Shown: piece by piece, positions 46,643 to 60,384 of the stretch | Position numbering within the stretch: position 1 is the stretch's first letter | How the letters are laid out: every line of letters starts with the position of its first letter | Origin: Lingula anatina | Lineage: Eukaryota > Animalia > Brachiopoda | DNA length: 64,000 nucleotides | Assembly (NCBI GenBank): GCA_051362555.1 | Contig: CM120640.1 | Coordinates: 26,994,503-27,058,502, forward strand | Direction of reading: 5' to 3' | The notes under the pieces: model-generated | Seen by the model: only the letters and a program-made list of their open reading frames with translations | The model's database searches: none | Told to the model about the DNA's origin: nothing | Position numbers and translations under genes: made by a program

Positions 46643-49600
46643 TCAGAGTGTCCTGGTTTGCTCACAGATGTGGTTGAATCTCCTACAAAAAATTAGATAC
46701 ACTTTTGAAAGCAAGAATAATTTGAAAAGTACATTTATGTTGAACCGAAAAAAAATGCAATTGTTTAGAATATTAATTTCATAAATGGATATATTTCATC
46801 AGCAAAAAGTTTCCATATAGTAAATTAAAAATTTACATAATTTTACCTTAAAATAAAGTAAGGGCATCCTCATTTAATAATATTTGGGAAAAAATAAAAC
46901 ATTCAGGATATTTAAGAGGGGGAAATCATAAGCCTGTCTATTCTCATTATCAAAGAAAAATGTTTTCTCATTTTACCCATAAATTTAGCACTCCACTATA
47001 AATAAATTAATCTGGGGCAAATGTCCAGGTTGCTGCAAATAACCATATAAATACACTTACTGAGCATGAAGTGGCTTGTGTCTCTGTGTTCTGCAGTTTC
47101 GGCCCCAGTAGCAGTTGGGTCTGGCAGTTACAGTTGCTGTGAAATTAAAATGTGTATTATGGATACCAATTCTCTAATGCATAGGAGCAAACTTATTGAA
47201 TCAGTTTAAAGCAAGTTTTGTAACAGATTCACACCATTTGACCTGACTATTGTTTCAAATTCCGACTTGAATATGTAATATTTACGACTAAAATTTAAAA
47301 TTTTGCAATTTTTGATAGGAATGAGTATTAGTTATGCTGAATGAAAAAAAAAAAATGAATGACCCAGAAAAGGGACTTACAAACTTTTATGAATTAGAAG
47401 GTGACTATCACTTTGGGTAGTAAGGGAAATATAAAACAATCAAAATTTGTTTACATCAACAAATGGGAAATTTCTTGTCACATATTTTCTAACAGCTATT
47501 TGGCATCTGGATCTTTAAACACATTTTCAATATTTCTTTCACAAAAAAATTGAAACTGAAGAGGGACTTACCTGGCAGTTTGTCTGCAGGTATATCCCTT
47601 CTAAATTCATAGGCAAGTTCCTTGAAATTGCGCAAGCCACAAGAATAGCATATGTAAGTTTCTGATGTCAGGTGCTCCAGCCTTGCATTGTCTGGAAAAA
47701 TATTGTCAGCATTTATATTATTCAAAGTATATAATTTTATAAATCCAAATAAAGGTAGTACAATGAGGACTAGTCGCGCGGTGCAGATGATGTACCCTCT
47801 ACCAGGGTGGCAGATCATATAGGGAAAAGCCGAAGAATCAACAGAGCCAAATGACTGTATTTATCTAGAGATATATCTGTGAATATCTGTGAAAAAACAA
47901 TCTGTCGCCCTGGTAGAGGGTACAGATGATGTGACATGCACCTGGAATTTAGGCATATAAAACTGATCTTTTAAAACCAAATGATTTGTCTCTACACCAA
48001 TTATTTGAAGCAATATTTTAACAAAGTTATATGTCTAATAGAAGTACCTGGACAAGTGTAGTCTCTGGCATCCAGTTTGGTTAAACATTTGCGGAGAACA
48101 TCGTGGACACTTAAATTCTCAGCTTGCAAATACTCCTGCAAAATAAAATAATTAAATAGCAAAAATGTAACATTTTTCTTCATTTTTTAAAGCTCAAAAC
48201 ATAAAAAGTTATCTACTAGCCATCTGTCACACCCAATTTCACTTGTTTTGTATTGAAGGCGATTCATGTCATATCACTGTTGACCATGTTAACCTGGTCA
48301 ATGTATAAATTGTGCTCTCAAAAGAGTTTCCAAAAGAGACTGCTACCACTGACCGATTACTATAGACAAGATTTTGATGAAACAAATTCTAACATGGCTT
48401 TCAATAGGTTGTGTATAGGTTCAACTTTCATGAAGATTTAGAGTGGCAATATGATATTTGCCAATGAATTTTACATAAAATATATATTATGCTAAAAATT
48501 TTTACAGCAAGTAACCTTCAGATATTTCACAATAAAACTAAGCTATCAAATAGCCATGTAGAAAAAGTTAGTGTAGATTATTTCAATAGTAACCTTGAAT
48601 ATCCTCGACTCATAGGCATTGTCCAATATAATGTGATCTAGGCATTGTTGACCCAAGTTCAAATCTGAAAATATCATGCATGGTTGATGGCATGTTAAAA
48701 AATATTTTATTTTATTTATTTTTTCAGACTAATCAATATAAGATAGAATTACATGTGATTGAAAAAAAAAACATTATAACATAGTTGTATTGTCACATTT
48801 ATTGGCTGCATCTAAAATGGCTGTAATCCAAATAGAAAACTTGTGCCAAAGGTTACAAGAATTACCTCTAAACCTATCGAGACAACCAAGACATGCTGCT
48901 CTTCTACAGCCCCAGTATGCATGACAAAATGTCCTGTGACATATGGCACCTACCAAGAGAGATAAATAAATATTATACTATTGAATCACATGTATGATGA
49001 GCATAAAACCTAGCAAACTAAACATTCTAACAATTTGCATCTTGTCCATTCTAACTAAGTAACTAACTAACTAACTATGTGTGTGTGTGTGTGTGTGCGT
49101 GTGAGTGTGTGTATTTCTTTTCATCTGGGTAAATGTTTTCCTTCCTTTTGCTACTTTTTATCATGGATATGGTTCAAACTGTTGATTTGACTAAAATCGT
49201 ACAGCTCAAATCATTCATTTGGCTGAAATATACAAACTATCCTAGAGTGAATCCAGAATGATACTCAAACACAAGATTCCATAGATGATAGGCATAATAT
49301 AAGACAACTTAGAGTACACTGAAATGAAACTTACACTGCATTCTTGGCATTTCCGGGTCAGTGAACTGCAAATGCCGTCTATCTGGCATGGGCTCAAAGC
49401 AACACTGGCATAAGATGTGGTTTTGCTGAGGAGTGCATATATAGACAGGTGCCTGAGGCATTCGCTTCACATCTGCAGAAGCTGCTGTGGATGGACCAGC
49501 CCCTGAAGAATTGATCTTCAAATCAAAACTTGACTATGTGCTAATATAACTGTCTAAACATGATATTGTGGATCATGGGATTAAATACTAACAGGCAATT

Positions 49601-52600
49601 CTGATTCCAAAAGTTGAAGTGAAAACAAGAGAGTTTACCCCCAGCACTGGAAGAGGTTCCTTCACTAGCACTGGTTCCTGGTGTGGAATGTAATTGGTTT
49701 TGAGGGGAACTAGTAGCATTCCCTTGGGTGGCTGCATTACAATCCCCAGAAGCTGCATCAGTTGGAGCTGAGACAGCGGCTGTCTGAGGAACTGCTGTAG
49801 TAGCAGCAGGCACTGTGGCAGCTGGGGTCACCATTTGCAAAGGTCTGTGCCCGGGACAGGACCTACACATGGCTCTTGGTGGCCTGAAATGTCCAATGTG
49901 TGCTTGTATTTGGTTCAACTATAAAAGTACTATACTTAACACATATATTAAAAAAATAAACAATACTGTACATTTAAAAGTATGTTCAGTGTGGGGAAAA
50001 TGGGGAATTTATTGTTCACTAGCATCTGGTTAATGTAACTGGTTACTGGGAAATAAAGAAGCAGGCCCTACCCATCACCTCCAAAGACAAATCCTCCAAT
50101 GCGAGCTATGGGAGCAGGAAAGGCAGGGGTAGTAATATCACTATCAATATCAGACTGGCTTCCAGAGCTGGACAAAAACAATAGTACCATACTATCAGAG
50201 TTGTATCTAAGGAATGTCAATACATGCCATGCTTAAATAACTGTCAGATTCTATATAAGAATGTACTTTTTGGTCATTTAATACAAACCTGAAATTTGAA
50301 ATTCATAATCATTATCAGAAACTGTAATATAGGAGACTCCACAAAACTCATTACTTTATAACTCAAATTATCACATATAAATCTCACATAATCTCACGTA
50401 AATCCTGTGGAGCAGATTTTTTTCCTATGGCCTGAAACTTATGAACATTGCACAACTTGAATAAAATTCCAGGCCTAAAAGTGTCACAGTTATGCATAGT
50501 CCATAATAAAAGTGAGTCATCTTCTACACAGTATACCTTCAAAATAAAATTTCACCTGACAGTAGTAAAAGAGATAGGGAATGCTCTTCATACCTGTCAG
50601 AATACTGCTCATCCTCATCATCACTGTACCTCTTCTTACGTGGTGGATATAGCTATGGATATATAAATAATAGATATGGTGGATATAGGATGGATAATGG
50701 GTATATGAATAAAGCTTTGGTGGATATAGCTATTAGTATAATATAAGGAAAGCAACCTTTCAAATTGATCAGGTAAATAAGTACAATGAATGCACTCAAA
50801 CAGTGCCAAACAAAAACTTCCTTTCAAATCTAGAGGAATTTTTAAAAAATTCAATGATGGGAATTACCATGTCCTTTGTAATTTTGTTTTTAGCATCCAA
50901 TTCTTGCAAATCTTCTGCAGATCTTCTTTTTTCTAGAAAGAAATATTTCAACATAAAAGTTTAAGTGCATATATGTCATCAGACTTAATAACAGTTACAC
51001 AAAGTAGCAGGGGCTGATTTAGGCCGTCTTCTTGGTCTTCCGGAAGATGGTCAGATTTTCAAGTTTACATTGACGGGTATCTAATTTTTTCTGTCAGAAG
51101 ACGGTCAAAAAATGGAGGATGAATCAACAAATATAATATGAAAGACTGTCAGAAAATATCTCTGGATCTGCCCCGTGCACCGTGACCGTGCACATAACAA
51201 TTAGGATACATCTGGCTATTCAAGACATTACCTGGATGGGCCTTCAGGTAAGCATCCACAAGATTGTTTACAATATGATTTTTGTTGATCCTCTCTACCT
51301 TGTACCGACACTAAAAGCAAAGAAAATGCAGAGTCAGAGAAGTAAGGTGAGAGTGACTTCTATTAAAACCAAATAAATTGTACAAACTGGTCTTCATATC
51401 TATGTAAAAATATCAGATACAGACTCAGACTCCGTTCACATGAAAAGTCTATTTTCTAAAAATCTATTTTCTATTCGCGGTAACTTATGATCACTCCGAG
51501 CGCAGCCGAGAATTAATTACAGCTTTGGAAGTAACTGGCTCGCGCTGCCAGTAATTACGCTGCGGGGTATTCAGGGCACAGACCATGATCATAAGATACC
51601 GCGAATAGAAAATAGATTTTTAATTTTTAGAAAATAGACTTTCCATGTGAACGAAGCCTTAATGAAACATTTTGTTTTGACACAACCTGAATATGACACA
51701 AGGAGCACTGATTGAGATAACCACTAAATGTATTTATATAAAAAAGTTTCTGTTCCTACTTATAGTCTCAATTCCAAAATGAAACACAAATACATACTGA
51801 AGGGCATTCATGTGACCTCTCCATCCAATCCGAATAACAACCAGCGCAAAAGGAATGCATGCAGGGCTGGAGGCTGAAGTAAGTAAAAGATGCATGTTCA
51901 AAATATCACAGGTGTTGAGTAAATGTTGCCATACCATAACCCCAGATTAAGAACGCATAAAATGTTTTTGGAGTTCATTGACTGCATAAATTCCATAAAC
52001 TTATAAACTTTGTACTTATGAACTTGAAAACTGGTGGAAACCAATGAAAAATGGTTAAAACTGGTGAACAATGATGGAAAACCTAAAACAACATGGGACT
52101 GGGATTCCGTGACACTAAACTAATTGAATGTACCATAACAAGGCAGGAGTTTGAATGTATAGGACAAGTCATGTGACACATGTGAACACATCTCCCTGTA
52201 CAATTACTCTGACCTAGCGTGTGTGGCAGTTACAGTCCAACTGTTAAAAATTATTTTTCTAGATATCAGAAATAAAAGAAATAGATATACATAACTACAC
52301 TGCATAAAAATTACTAGTCTAGGGTTACTGTTCTTTTCATATTAATGGAGCATAGTTAAACTCACCTAACACAGTCATGTAAAATATCCTGACATATGGA
52401 ACACAACAACGTTTCTTCTATTTCATCCCTAGCTAACTTCTTTACCCTCATTTCCATATCATCATCCTGTTCTTTATCATAAGTATGCAGTGCTGACTGC
52501 TCATGCCATCTGGATACAGTATCTACATTATAGGACTTATGTCCTCCACCTGAAATCTCAGTCTCAGAGTGTTTCTTTTTTGAGGGTTTGTTCTCAAAGT

Positions 52601-55164
52601 GATCATTGGAATCATTTTGTAAATCCTCTCCAACTTTTCCCGGTTTGATTTTCTTTGGTTCTGTTGAATCATCACTGCCAAATGCTTCCTAAAAATTGCC
52701 GTAACAATAATAAAGATTAAATTTCATAATATGAGCATTAAAATGCGCAGCAGGGCCTGTAGCATATGCTATAAGGTCATGAATAAAAAGACTAAAACTT
52801 GGTGTTTTTTTTATTTTTAATATTACACAAATGTACTCTGATGTATTAACCAAAAACCCTTGGTTGTACCTGATTTCATTTATTTCAAACCCATAGCTGC
52901 ATGAGGTAGAATTCCTACAACCCGGCTTCTTTTGTTTAGTGATGGTGATTAATTTAAAATGTCAGAATTTCCCTAAAACTCTTTCTTATTATATCTATAA
53001 GTCAATATAATTTCAACTCATGGAAATCCCTACCTCTGCAGATCTCTTTTGTACATGCACTGGCTCTTCATCTGAGTCTAGATGAAATATGAAATCATCT
53101 GTCAGTATTGCTATTCACAAATATATGTATTCTAACAGCCATATAACTAGTAAAAAAATAAAACCAGTTGAAATTAAACATATTTATGATGTATGAACAC
53201 AATGAAAATTTCAAACTAATTTACAGTTATATCTTATCATGTGATTTGTAACTTTATAATCATAAGAGATTTACCTTCCCTGATATCACTAAGATCTGCA
53301 GTATACTCCTGGGTTTCATCTAACATTTCACGTTCCAACTCTGCGATGGACTGGTACAGGTAACTAACATCTGAAACACAAAAAATAATAATAGATAAAA
53401 TAAAAATGAAATAATATAAAATAAAATAAAAAAGGACAATTTTGACAAAAAGAGTAATATAAACAAATTTAGCAACCATTTGCTGTGGCTAAAAAACAAG
53501 TTGCCCCTATATTGTTCAGCAGGCTGTAACTCTAGTGGTAATTGCATTATAATGCTAAAAAGCACTAAATCTTTTAATATACATTTCCACCATATATCAT
53601 TTGACTTTCAGAGTGTACAATATCAGACAAGTAGCAACTTGGACAATGTGGAAAATGGTAGAAAATGTCAAAGAAACTGGCATATGCTTAGTGCAATATC
53701 ACTAATGTAACATATGTTACATGCTCAGAAAGACAAAAATACCTCTGTCCATCATGTTTCTCTTCTTTTATATTTTAAGTATCAGAGCAAGACGTATAAC
53801 AAATGACGTGACAACATCTAGTAATCTCATAGTTAAATTATTGTACAAATGGTGAATTTTTTCTAAAAAAACTTTACTGTTTGATCAAACTACCCAGCTA
53901 ATGAGCATTTTTGTTTATTAACAAGTAGTCTGTAGTAAAGAAATGTTCATTAACGAGAATCTGTAGCAAAGAAATTGACTTAGGCTACCACAATACAGTG
54001 ACACTTTAACAATGCATAAAATTTTACAAAGGTCTTCATGCTACCTTTGTGTATTTAAAGAACTTACTCTGTTCTTCATCTCCCTTTTTGAAAACTACAT
54101 GAATCTCATCTCCATGATTCAGCTCAGTGCTCTGAAATAAGATAAAAATATAATAACTCATATAACTATGTTGATTCTCAAAGTTATATACCTTTGTATA
54201 TGTACCTATATATATTTGCTTGTAAAATGTCATCAAAAATGAAAAAATAACTTACTTCTCCTTTTGATATTTTAGCCTTGTTGTTCACTAATGTTCCATT
54301 AGTACTGGAATCAGAAGAAATGTTTCAAGTTAAAAGATTAAACATTGTAAACATGTGTCTACACTATTTGTTATATATAAGCATAGAAAAAGCTACATCA
54401 CAAATACTGGACAAATTTGACTGCTATTGTAGTGTTTTTGTAACAGGGAGTCAGAATTTTAAACTTGGAGAAAAGTTCTTAGCTGCATATGATATTTTGT
54501 TGTAGAGTTGAGGTGTAAAATATAAGAACAAAATGCAATCAAAAATTCACTGCTTAATGTATATAATGTACAGCTGAGGTGAGAAATTCTGACATTCTTT
54601 CCTTCACTCAAATCAAAATAGAAGTTATTTTACAGTACCTTGTATCATACAACCAAACTCTCCCAGATCCATCTTTTTGTATGAAACAGTGCTTTCCAGA
54701 GACCAGGCGGTTTGCAGGCATAGAGAGATCACAGTCTGAAATAAAGCCACTTCATGTTAATGGTCAAAGTATTTATTTGATAACAAATCTAAAAGAATGT
54801 TATCACTCCTGTGGACGTTTATTTGGTATATCGTACATGTAACTATAAAAAAAAGTCAATGGAAGTGTTAACGCATTAACTTCGTGCCAATGAAAATTGA
54901 GCTTAGGTGGAGTCCGGATAGGTGCACTGAAAATTATTCAATTTCAACTGTGCCCAGACTCAATCTTATTACTTCTTGCTATTACAAATAGGGATGCCAC
55001 TCAGTTTCTAGGCTCTTTCATGTTTTGCCTTAGCAAACAGAGTAGCGGCCTGTACCTTTCGCTCTTCCAATCGTAAACTTATCTTTGTCAATAGTAATGG
55101 GTTCCGAATCTGTATCTGTGGTACACACAAGCTGAGCCCACGGTTTGCATTCAGAGGAAGTCAT
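46643..55164 (-). CDS. CHFR: E3 ubiquitin ligase CHFR (FHA, RING, Cys-rich region, PBZ), multi-exon
   Basis: N-terminus MTSSECKPWAQLV...FTIGRAK, FHA (LVSGKHC, STNGTLVN), RING (EETLLCSICQDILHDCVSLQPCMHSFCAGCYSDWMERSHECP), HILCQCCFEPMPDRR, ICYSCGLRNFKELAY and PBZ (CYWGRNCRTQ...FNHICEQTR). Confidence 0.96.
47793..47922. mobile_element. 130 bp MITE with 9 bp TSD (Mutator-like signature) in a CHFR intron
   Basis: TIR TACCCTCTACCAGGG / CCCTGGTAGAGGGTA; CAGATGATG at 47784-47792 and 47923-47931; truncated inverted copy at ~35011-35100. Confidence 0.88.
51008..51175. mobile_element. Second copy of the 40678-40844 MITE
   Basis: Near-identical interior (ggccgtcttc...gtcagattttcaagtttacattgacgggtatct...gaagactgtcagaaaatatctctg). 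Confidence 0.88.
51428..51658. mobile_element. ~230 bp MITE with long TIRs (PIF/Harbinger-like termini)
   Basis: CGTTCACATGAAAAGTCTATTTTCTAAAAAT...CTATTCGCGG mirrored by CCGCGAATAG...ATTTTTAGAAAATAGACTTTCCATGTGAACG; fragment at 18456-18593. Confidence 0.82.
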
Positions 55165-55687
55165 TGTAAATCTATAGATTTGATATAATCAACAGCAAAG
55201 TACTAGTTCTATAGGTACTCCGTACAGCATACATCAGGAAGTCAATCAAATAAACATCAGCTGGTAAAAATTCAGGACCAGTGTTACGTTACTTGCCACG
55301 ATATGAAACACTGTAATTAAAATTTGTCAAATATTTTTGTATCTTTAAAAATAAAATACGTAATTCATATTTAATTTTGGTACATATAGTATAAAATAAC
55401 ATTTATGAAAACATATTGTTAATTTCGACAGATATGTGATGACAGGAATCGGGTGTCGCATTCCACATTTTACTTTGCCCACATAGTTTTCTGTGAAAGG
55501 AGATTGTAAAATAACCCGGAGGTGGGAACGTGGATAAATAACTCACTCTGTTGTGATAGAATCTACAAGTACTCGAAATACACTTTCACGGGCCCATTAC
55601 ATAAATTCTATCTCGCGCGAAGTTGGAATGCTGTCAAGCTGTTGCATGCCGTTCATTTTACAAAACCTCGATTAAACGAACAAAACA
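55165..55687. promoter_or_regulatory. Bidirectional promoter region CHFR/WDR76
   Basis: Start codons ~520 bp apart head-to-head. ETS-like CAGGAAGT at ~55235 and a CGCG-core motif TCTCGCGCGAAG at ~55611-55622. Confidence 0.55.
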
Positions 55688-58600
55688 ATGATTGGGTTAA
55701 GAAAACGTGATAGATCTTTGTCAAATGATGGCAAATCGGGATCTTCTGCATATTCTGGAAAACGACTAAAGGTTTGTCTAGTGAACTATACCTGCACTGA
55801 TAAATTTATAAAGTTGTTTTCGTTGTTAAGTAACTTTAACAAGCTGGAATTTTTACTCTTGTGTAGCAAATTATTGTGCTTAAAATAAATCGAAAGGACT
55901 AAGTCCAGTTGCAATGGTAAGATCTAAAACAGTTTTGTCAGTGCTTGGCTTTAAATTAAAACTACACGTACAATCATTTGTTCTTCGCCAACTAGCACTA
56001 AGTTTTATGCGTTAGCACTCCTATTTACAGTTTCTGAAATTTACTGTTTGTGATTGTGCATGAAAGACATAAATGCACATTACTTGAAATAACAGTACTA
56101 GTCTTTAATATGGTTCATGTTTAGGTAGAAGACACCAGAGGGAATGAGGCAGAGCATAGATCCTTAAAAACAGAAGAAATAAAAACTGCAGAGGACACTG
56201 AAATTCTGGTAAAGTTTGTATTGGTCAGAGTATTATTCATTAAGTATTGTGATAAAAACCAATCAGTTTATTTGGTCTTTGGTCATTCCCCTTAGTATTT
56301 TGATTGCTGTGGAGATAAAGAAAGATATTTTCGTTTTCCTTGTAGCTCTGTGCTATGGTTTTAATGACATTTTTTTCATTGATAAATTATGTTAAAATAT
56401 GTAACCTGTTCTGTTGCAGATACAGAAGTTTTTCTTGTTGTCAGTTTACCAAGATCATAGGTGGTCATTGCATGTATCTTTCTTGACATTGTCAGTAATA
56501 TATAAGGGTTTCCTGGTATATGTAAGAATTAATGTGTTTTAATTTATACTAATAGCCAGGAGAAGAGGGGCTATCGGAATTTGAAAGAAGAAGACTTAAA
56601 AATCTCAGAGACAATGCAAAGTTCTTTGAAGAAATGGGTATTTTCAAAGTAAGTGGAAAAAAGGCTATTACATATCTGCCTATTTGATATTATATTCTCT
56701 ATAATCAGCTTTTTATTTATGAATGATAATATGTAATATTTTAATTCTACTGTAACAGTTGAGATATTTTCATGTTCATGTAAAAAACTTATCCTTTCTA
56801 GGAAACATTAAGACTTTTTAATTATTCAGGCAAAAGATGCTTTCAGAGAGTTGAGTGAAAAACCAAAGGTTAAACCTACAGAAAGAGGTCTGAAGAGGTA
56901 AATTTTAATTCATGCTAGATTTAATGTTAAACACATAACAATAATTACATGGTTATTATTTTCCTTTTTATGATCAGAAATGAATTACTGGATTTAATAA
57001 TCAGAAATGTCAGCATAATTTCACTTTTTAAATTGGAGCATTAAATATAAGAACCTCAATTCAATCAGGGGTGCTGTGAAACCTGAGCCTCTGCCAAGAA
57101 GAGCACCTAGTTTGCGGTTACAGAATAAAGATCCAGCAGGAGAAGAATTGCCAGAGAGGCCTACCGTTTTTGTGGAACCCACAGAAGAGCATGTGAGTTG
57201 AATGTCACTGAATATGAGGCATAAGATCTAGAAAAATCAATTTAGACTGATGGTAACTGGTAGATCATGTGAAATAAATTCTTTATTAATCAGAAAATTT
57301 TTTAAAAAATAAGTTAATTCTGCTCTGATATATCTTTTTGCAGCCTCGCAAAGCATCAGGACCTCTAACCATGTGTGAAACATTAAAGAATGCAGAAGAA
57401 AATACTGAAACCTCACACAATAATTTTTTGTCCTCCCTGAAGACACTTGGTGAGGGAAAAGAGAAAAAAAGTGTGAAAGTTGAATCATCCTTAGAAAAGT
57501 AAGTAAAATGCAGAAAAACAAACAGAAAGTAAAAAATTAAAATTTTTGTAGGAGGGTATTTTATTAAATTTTTTACTATATATGAAAATGAATTTGGTAG
57601 AATATTATGCAGAAAAGTGGTATCAGTTTAATGAAGGTTCATTTATTATACACTTCAGCTTTCTAAAGGCATGTAAACGCATGAAACTTCACGAGGATCG
57701 TGTAGCAAAAGTTGTCAAAGACAGAATTTTCTCAGTAGCAGTCCATCCTTCAGAGACCAGGGTATTTGTGTGTGCAGGGGACAAATGGGGGAAGATTGGG
57801 CTCTGGGATGTGGTAGGTGTCAATGGCAGCCATATTGTTTCTCTCAAAATGCAAAAAACAAGGATATCTGCTGGGTGGTTTTCATTTCATCAAAAATATG
57901 TTTTAAGGATATACCAATGAAAAGTAAAGGAATTAAATAAAACCTACATTGTTAGGACTTGACAGGAATGATTAAGTTCACAGTGATGATATTTGTGCTT
58001 GCAGGAATCGAAGGAAGGGGATGATGGTGTATTTCTGTATGAGCCCCACAGTCGCCCAGTGAATTGTATGTTCTTTGACCCTAGCAATGCCTCGCGACTG
58101 TACTCCTGCAGCTATGATGGAACTATCAGAAGATGTGACTTCAACAAAGCTGTGTTTGATGAGGTGAAAGTATTAAATTTTACACGTTTTCAAAGATAAA
58201 CTGTTTATAAAAACACAAATTACTTTAAGTGTAACTGTGCCCTTTTTTCCTTTCTAGCATTTTATATAAGTATTTGATTAATGTTTTGTGGTTGACTGAC
58301 TGTTCCTGAATGAGAGTTGTTTTGATAAGATTGAGTTAATTGCATTTTGTAGCTCTATGCCACACCAGAGGAGGACTCAAACAGGTGCTCTGGTTTTGAT
58401 TTTCTGGATGCAAGCAATTTAGTAGTGTCTCACAGTGATGGGGATGTTGGATTGGTGGACATAAGAACCAAAGGGTTGGTGGTCCAGTAGCAACTGTCAT
58501 TAAGTTAATGAACGAAAAAACAAATAAATTACAACTATGAATGAACTTTTTGCATACTTTTTCACCAGAAAGTCCAGCAGTTTCTTTCCTTCAGCTCTTT

Positions 58601-60268
58601 TGGTTTAAAGCAAGAGGTACAGCAGTGCAATGGATAATATTAGATTCAGTATTTGTATTATCCTGTTGTTTTTAAATTCATTTCTAGGTTAGCAGCAGAA
58701 CACATGTATCAGTGTCACCGCAAGTCTGTGAAGACTATAAATGTCCACCCAGTGAAAAAGCATTACTTTCTCACTGGAAGCACTGACGGGTATGTTGTAC
58801 CACTGTACTGCATAGCTCAGACTTATTTTCATTAGTCCATATCTCAGGTCTTTCTCAGATAAATTCTGTTGTTTGCATTGACATTACTATAACTACTGCT
58901 ATCTCAATCTTTCATAGGGTAAAAATGTTAATATAAATAAATCTACAGATTGACCATTATTGGTCGTTATTTTGATTATTTATTAAAAAGGAAAAAAAAA
59001 AAAAATGAGCATATTGCATATTACTAAGGCATTTCATTTCTTTGTCATTTCATTACAATACATGTTGTTTCATAATTTAGGAATGCTTGCATATGGGACA
59101 TAAGACAAATGAAAGACAAGAAGCCAGTCAGTGTAGACACATTGCCACATGGTAGGAATCTCAGCTCTGCCTTCTTTTCACCACAGACTGGGAAGTTTAT
59201 TGTGACATGTTGCGTTGATGACAGACTTAGGTAAAATACAAATGCTAAATGATTATGATATATGAGTTTGGCCACAAGTAAAATAGAGAATTTGGTCTTG
59301 TGTAGTCAAGTGAAAAAATTAAAATTAAGGGTGTCAGGTGCATACTGTAGTAAATATGATTAGCATATTTTAAAGTTAGTTCTCCAACCGGGTCTTTGGT
59401 GTAAGTTTGCATTGCTACAAGGAGCTTAATTTCATCATTTACAGAATTTTTGAAGGCAGTACTCCAGGAGAATACAAACAAAGATGTTCAACAAGGTATT
59501 GACGTAGGCCTCTCTTTTACTATTTCTGGATACATTATACATTGGGCAAAGAAGCAACAAAGACAAAATTATTGAGAATTTATCATTTAGAGTCTGAGTA
59601 AAGTCATAGGTTTAATGAAATTTTATCATTTGAGAGTTTGCATATTTTGCGCCATGCCCACTTCTTAGAAAACATACCAAATCAGTCAGTGTTTTCTTTG
59701 TGTAAGGTGTACAGAAGCATAAATATTTGATAATTATTCTTATTCTATTATTTCTAAAATATAGGTGTAATCATGGTTTCTGAACAAAACATGTTTATAT
59801 TTTTTCCAGACACAACAATCATACTGGCCGTTGGTTGACTCCCTTCAGGTTTATGTGGCACCCAAGTAGAGAAGATGTGATAGTAACGGGAAGCATGGAC
59901 AGGCCTAGAAGGGTGATACACATATAATGAAAATTATTTTTGACACTGGGTTACATCTTTGCTGCTTGACAGTATGTGATCTCGGCATTTTCACAAAAGA
60001 AAATATTAGAAATCCCATAAACATGTACATTTTTATTTTTATTTTTATTTATTTATTTATTTATTATTATTTTTTTTTTTTTGCATAAATTTTATTAACT
60101 TGGATACTGTACTTTCAGATTGAGCTGTTTGATACAAGTGGCCATTTGATTCATACTTTTACTGATGGGGACTACCTTGGATCTGTTTGTTCCATTAATG
60201 CATTCCATCCAACAAGAAACATCCTAGTGGGAGCAAATTCAAGTGGACGCCTGCATGTGTTTATGTAA
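55688..60268 (+). CDS. WDR76: WD repeat-containing protein 76 (Cmr1 family), multi-exon
   Basis: Spliced product contains LSEFERRRLKNLRDNAKFF, KVVKDRIFSVAVHPSE...AGDKWGKIGLWDV, LYSCSYDGTIR, HNNHTGRWLTPF and ends NAFHPTRNILVGANSSGRLHVFM*. Confidence 0.95.
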
Positions 60269-60384
60269 ATTGTGCAATATGTCACAATAGCAAATGCAAC
60301 ATAATATATTTGAGGTGCCTTGTTTGCAAGAAGACACTTTTCCTTGCATGTAAAAATCACTTAACAGTTTTGTTCTCATTTGAT

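Noticed and set aside
50636-50720. Plus-strand Gly/Tyr-rich peptide (RGGYSYGY...) suggesting a structural protein
   Set aside because: It is the antisense reading of duplicated CHFR acceptor sequence; no start, splice or length support.
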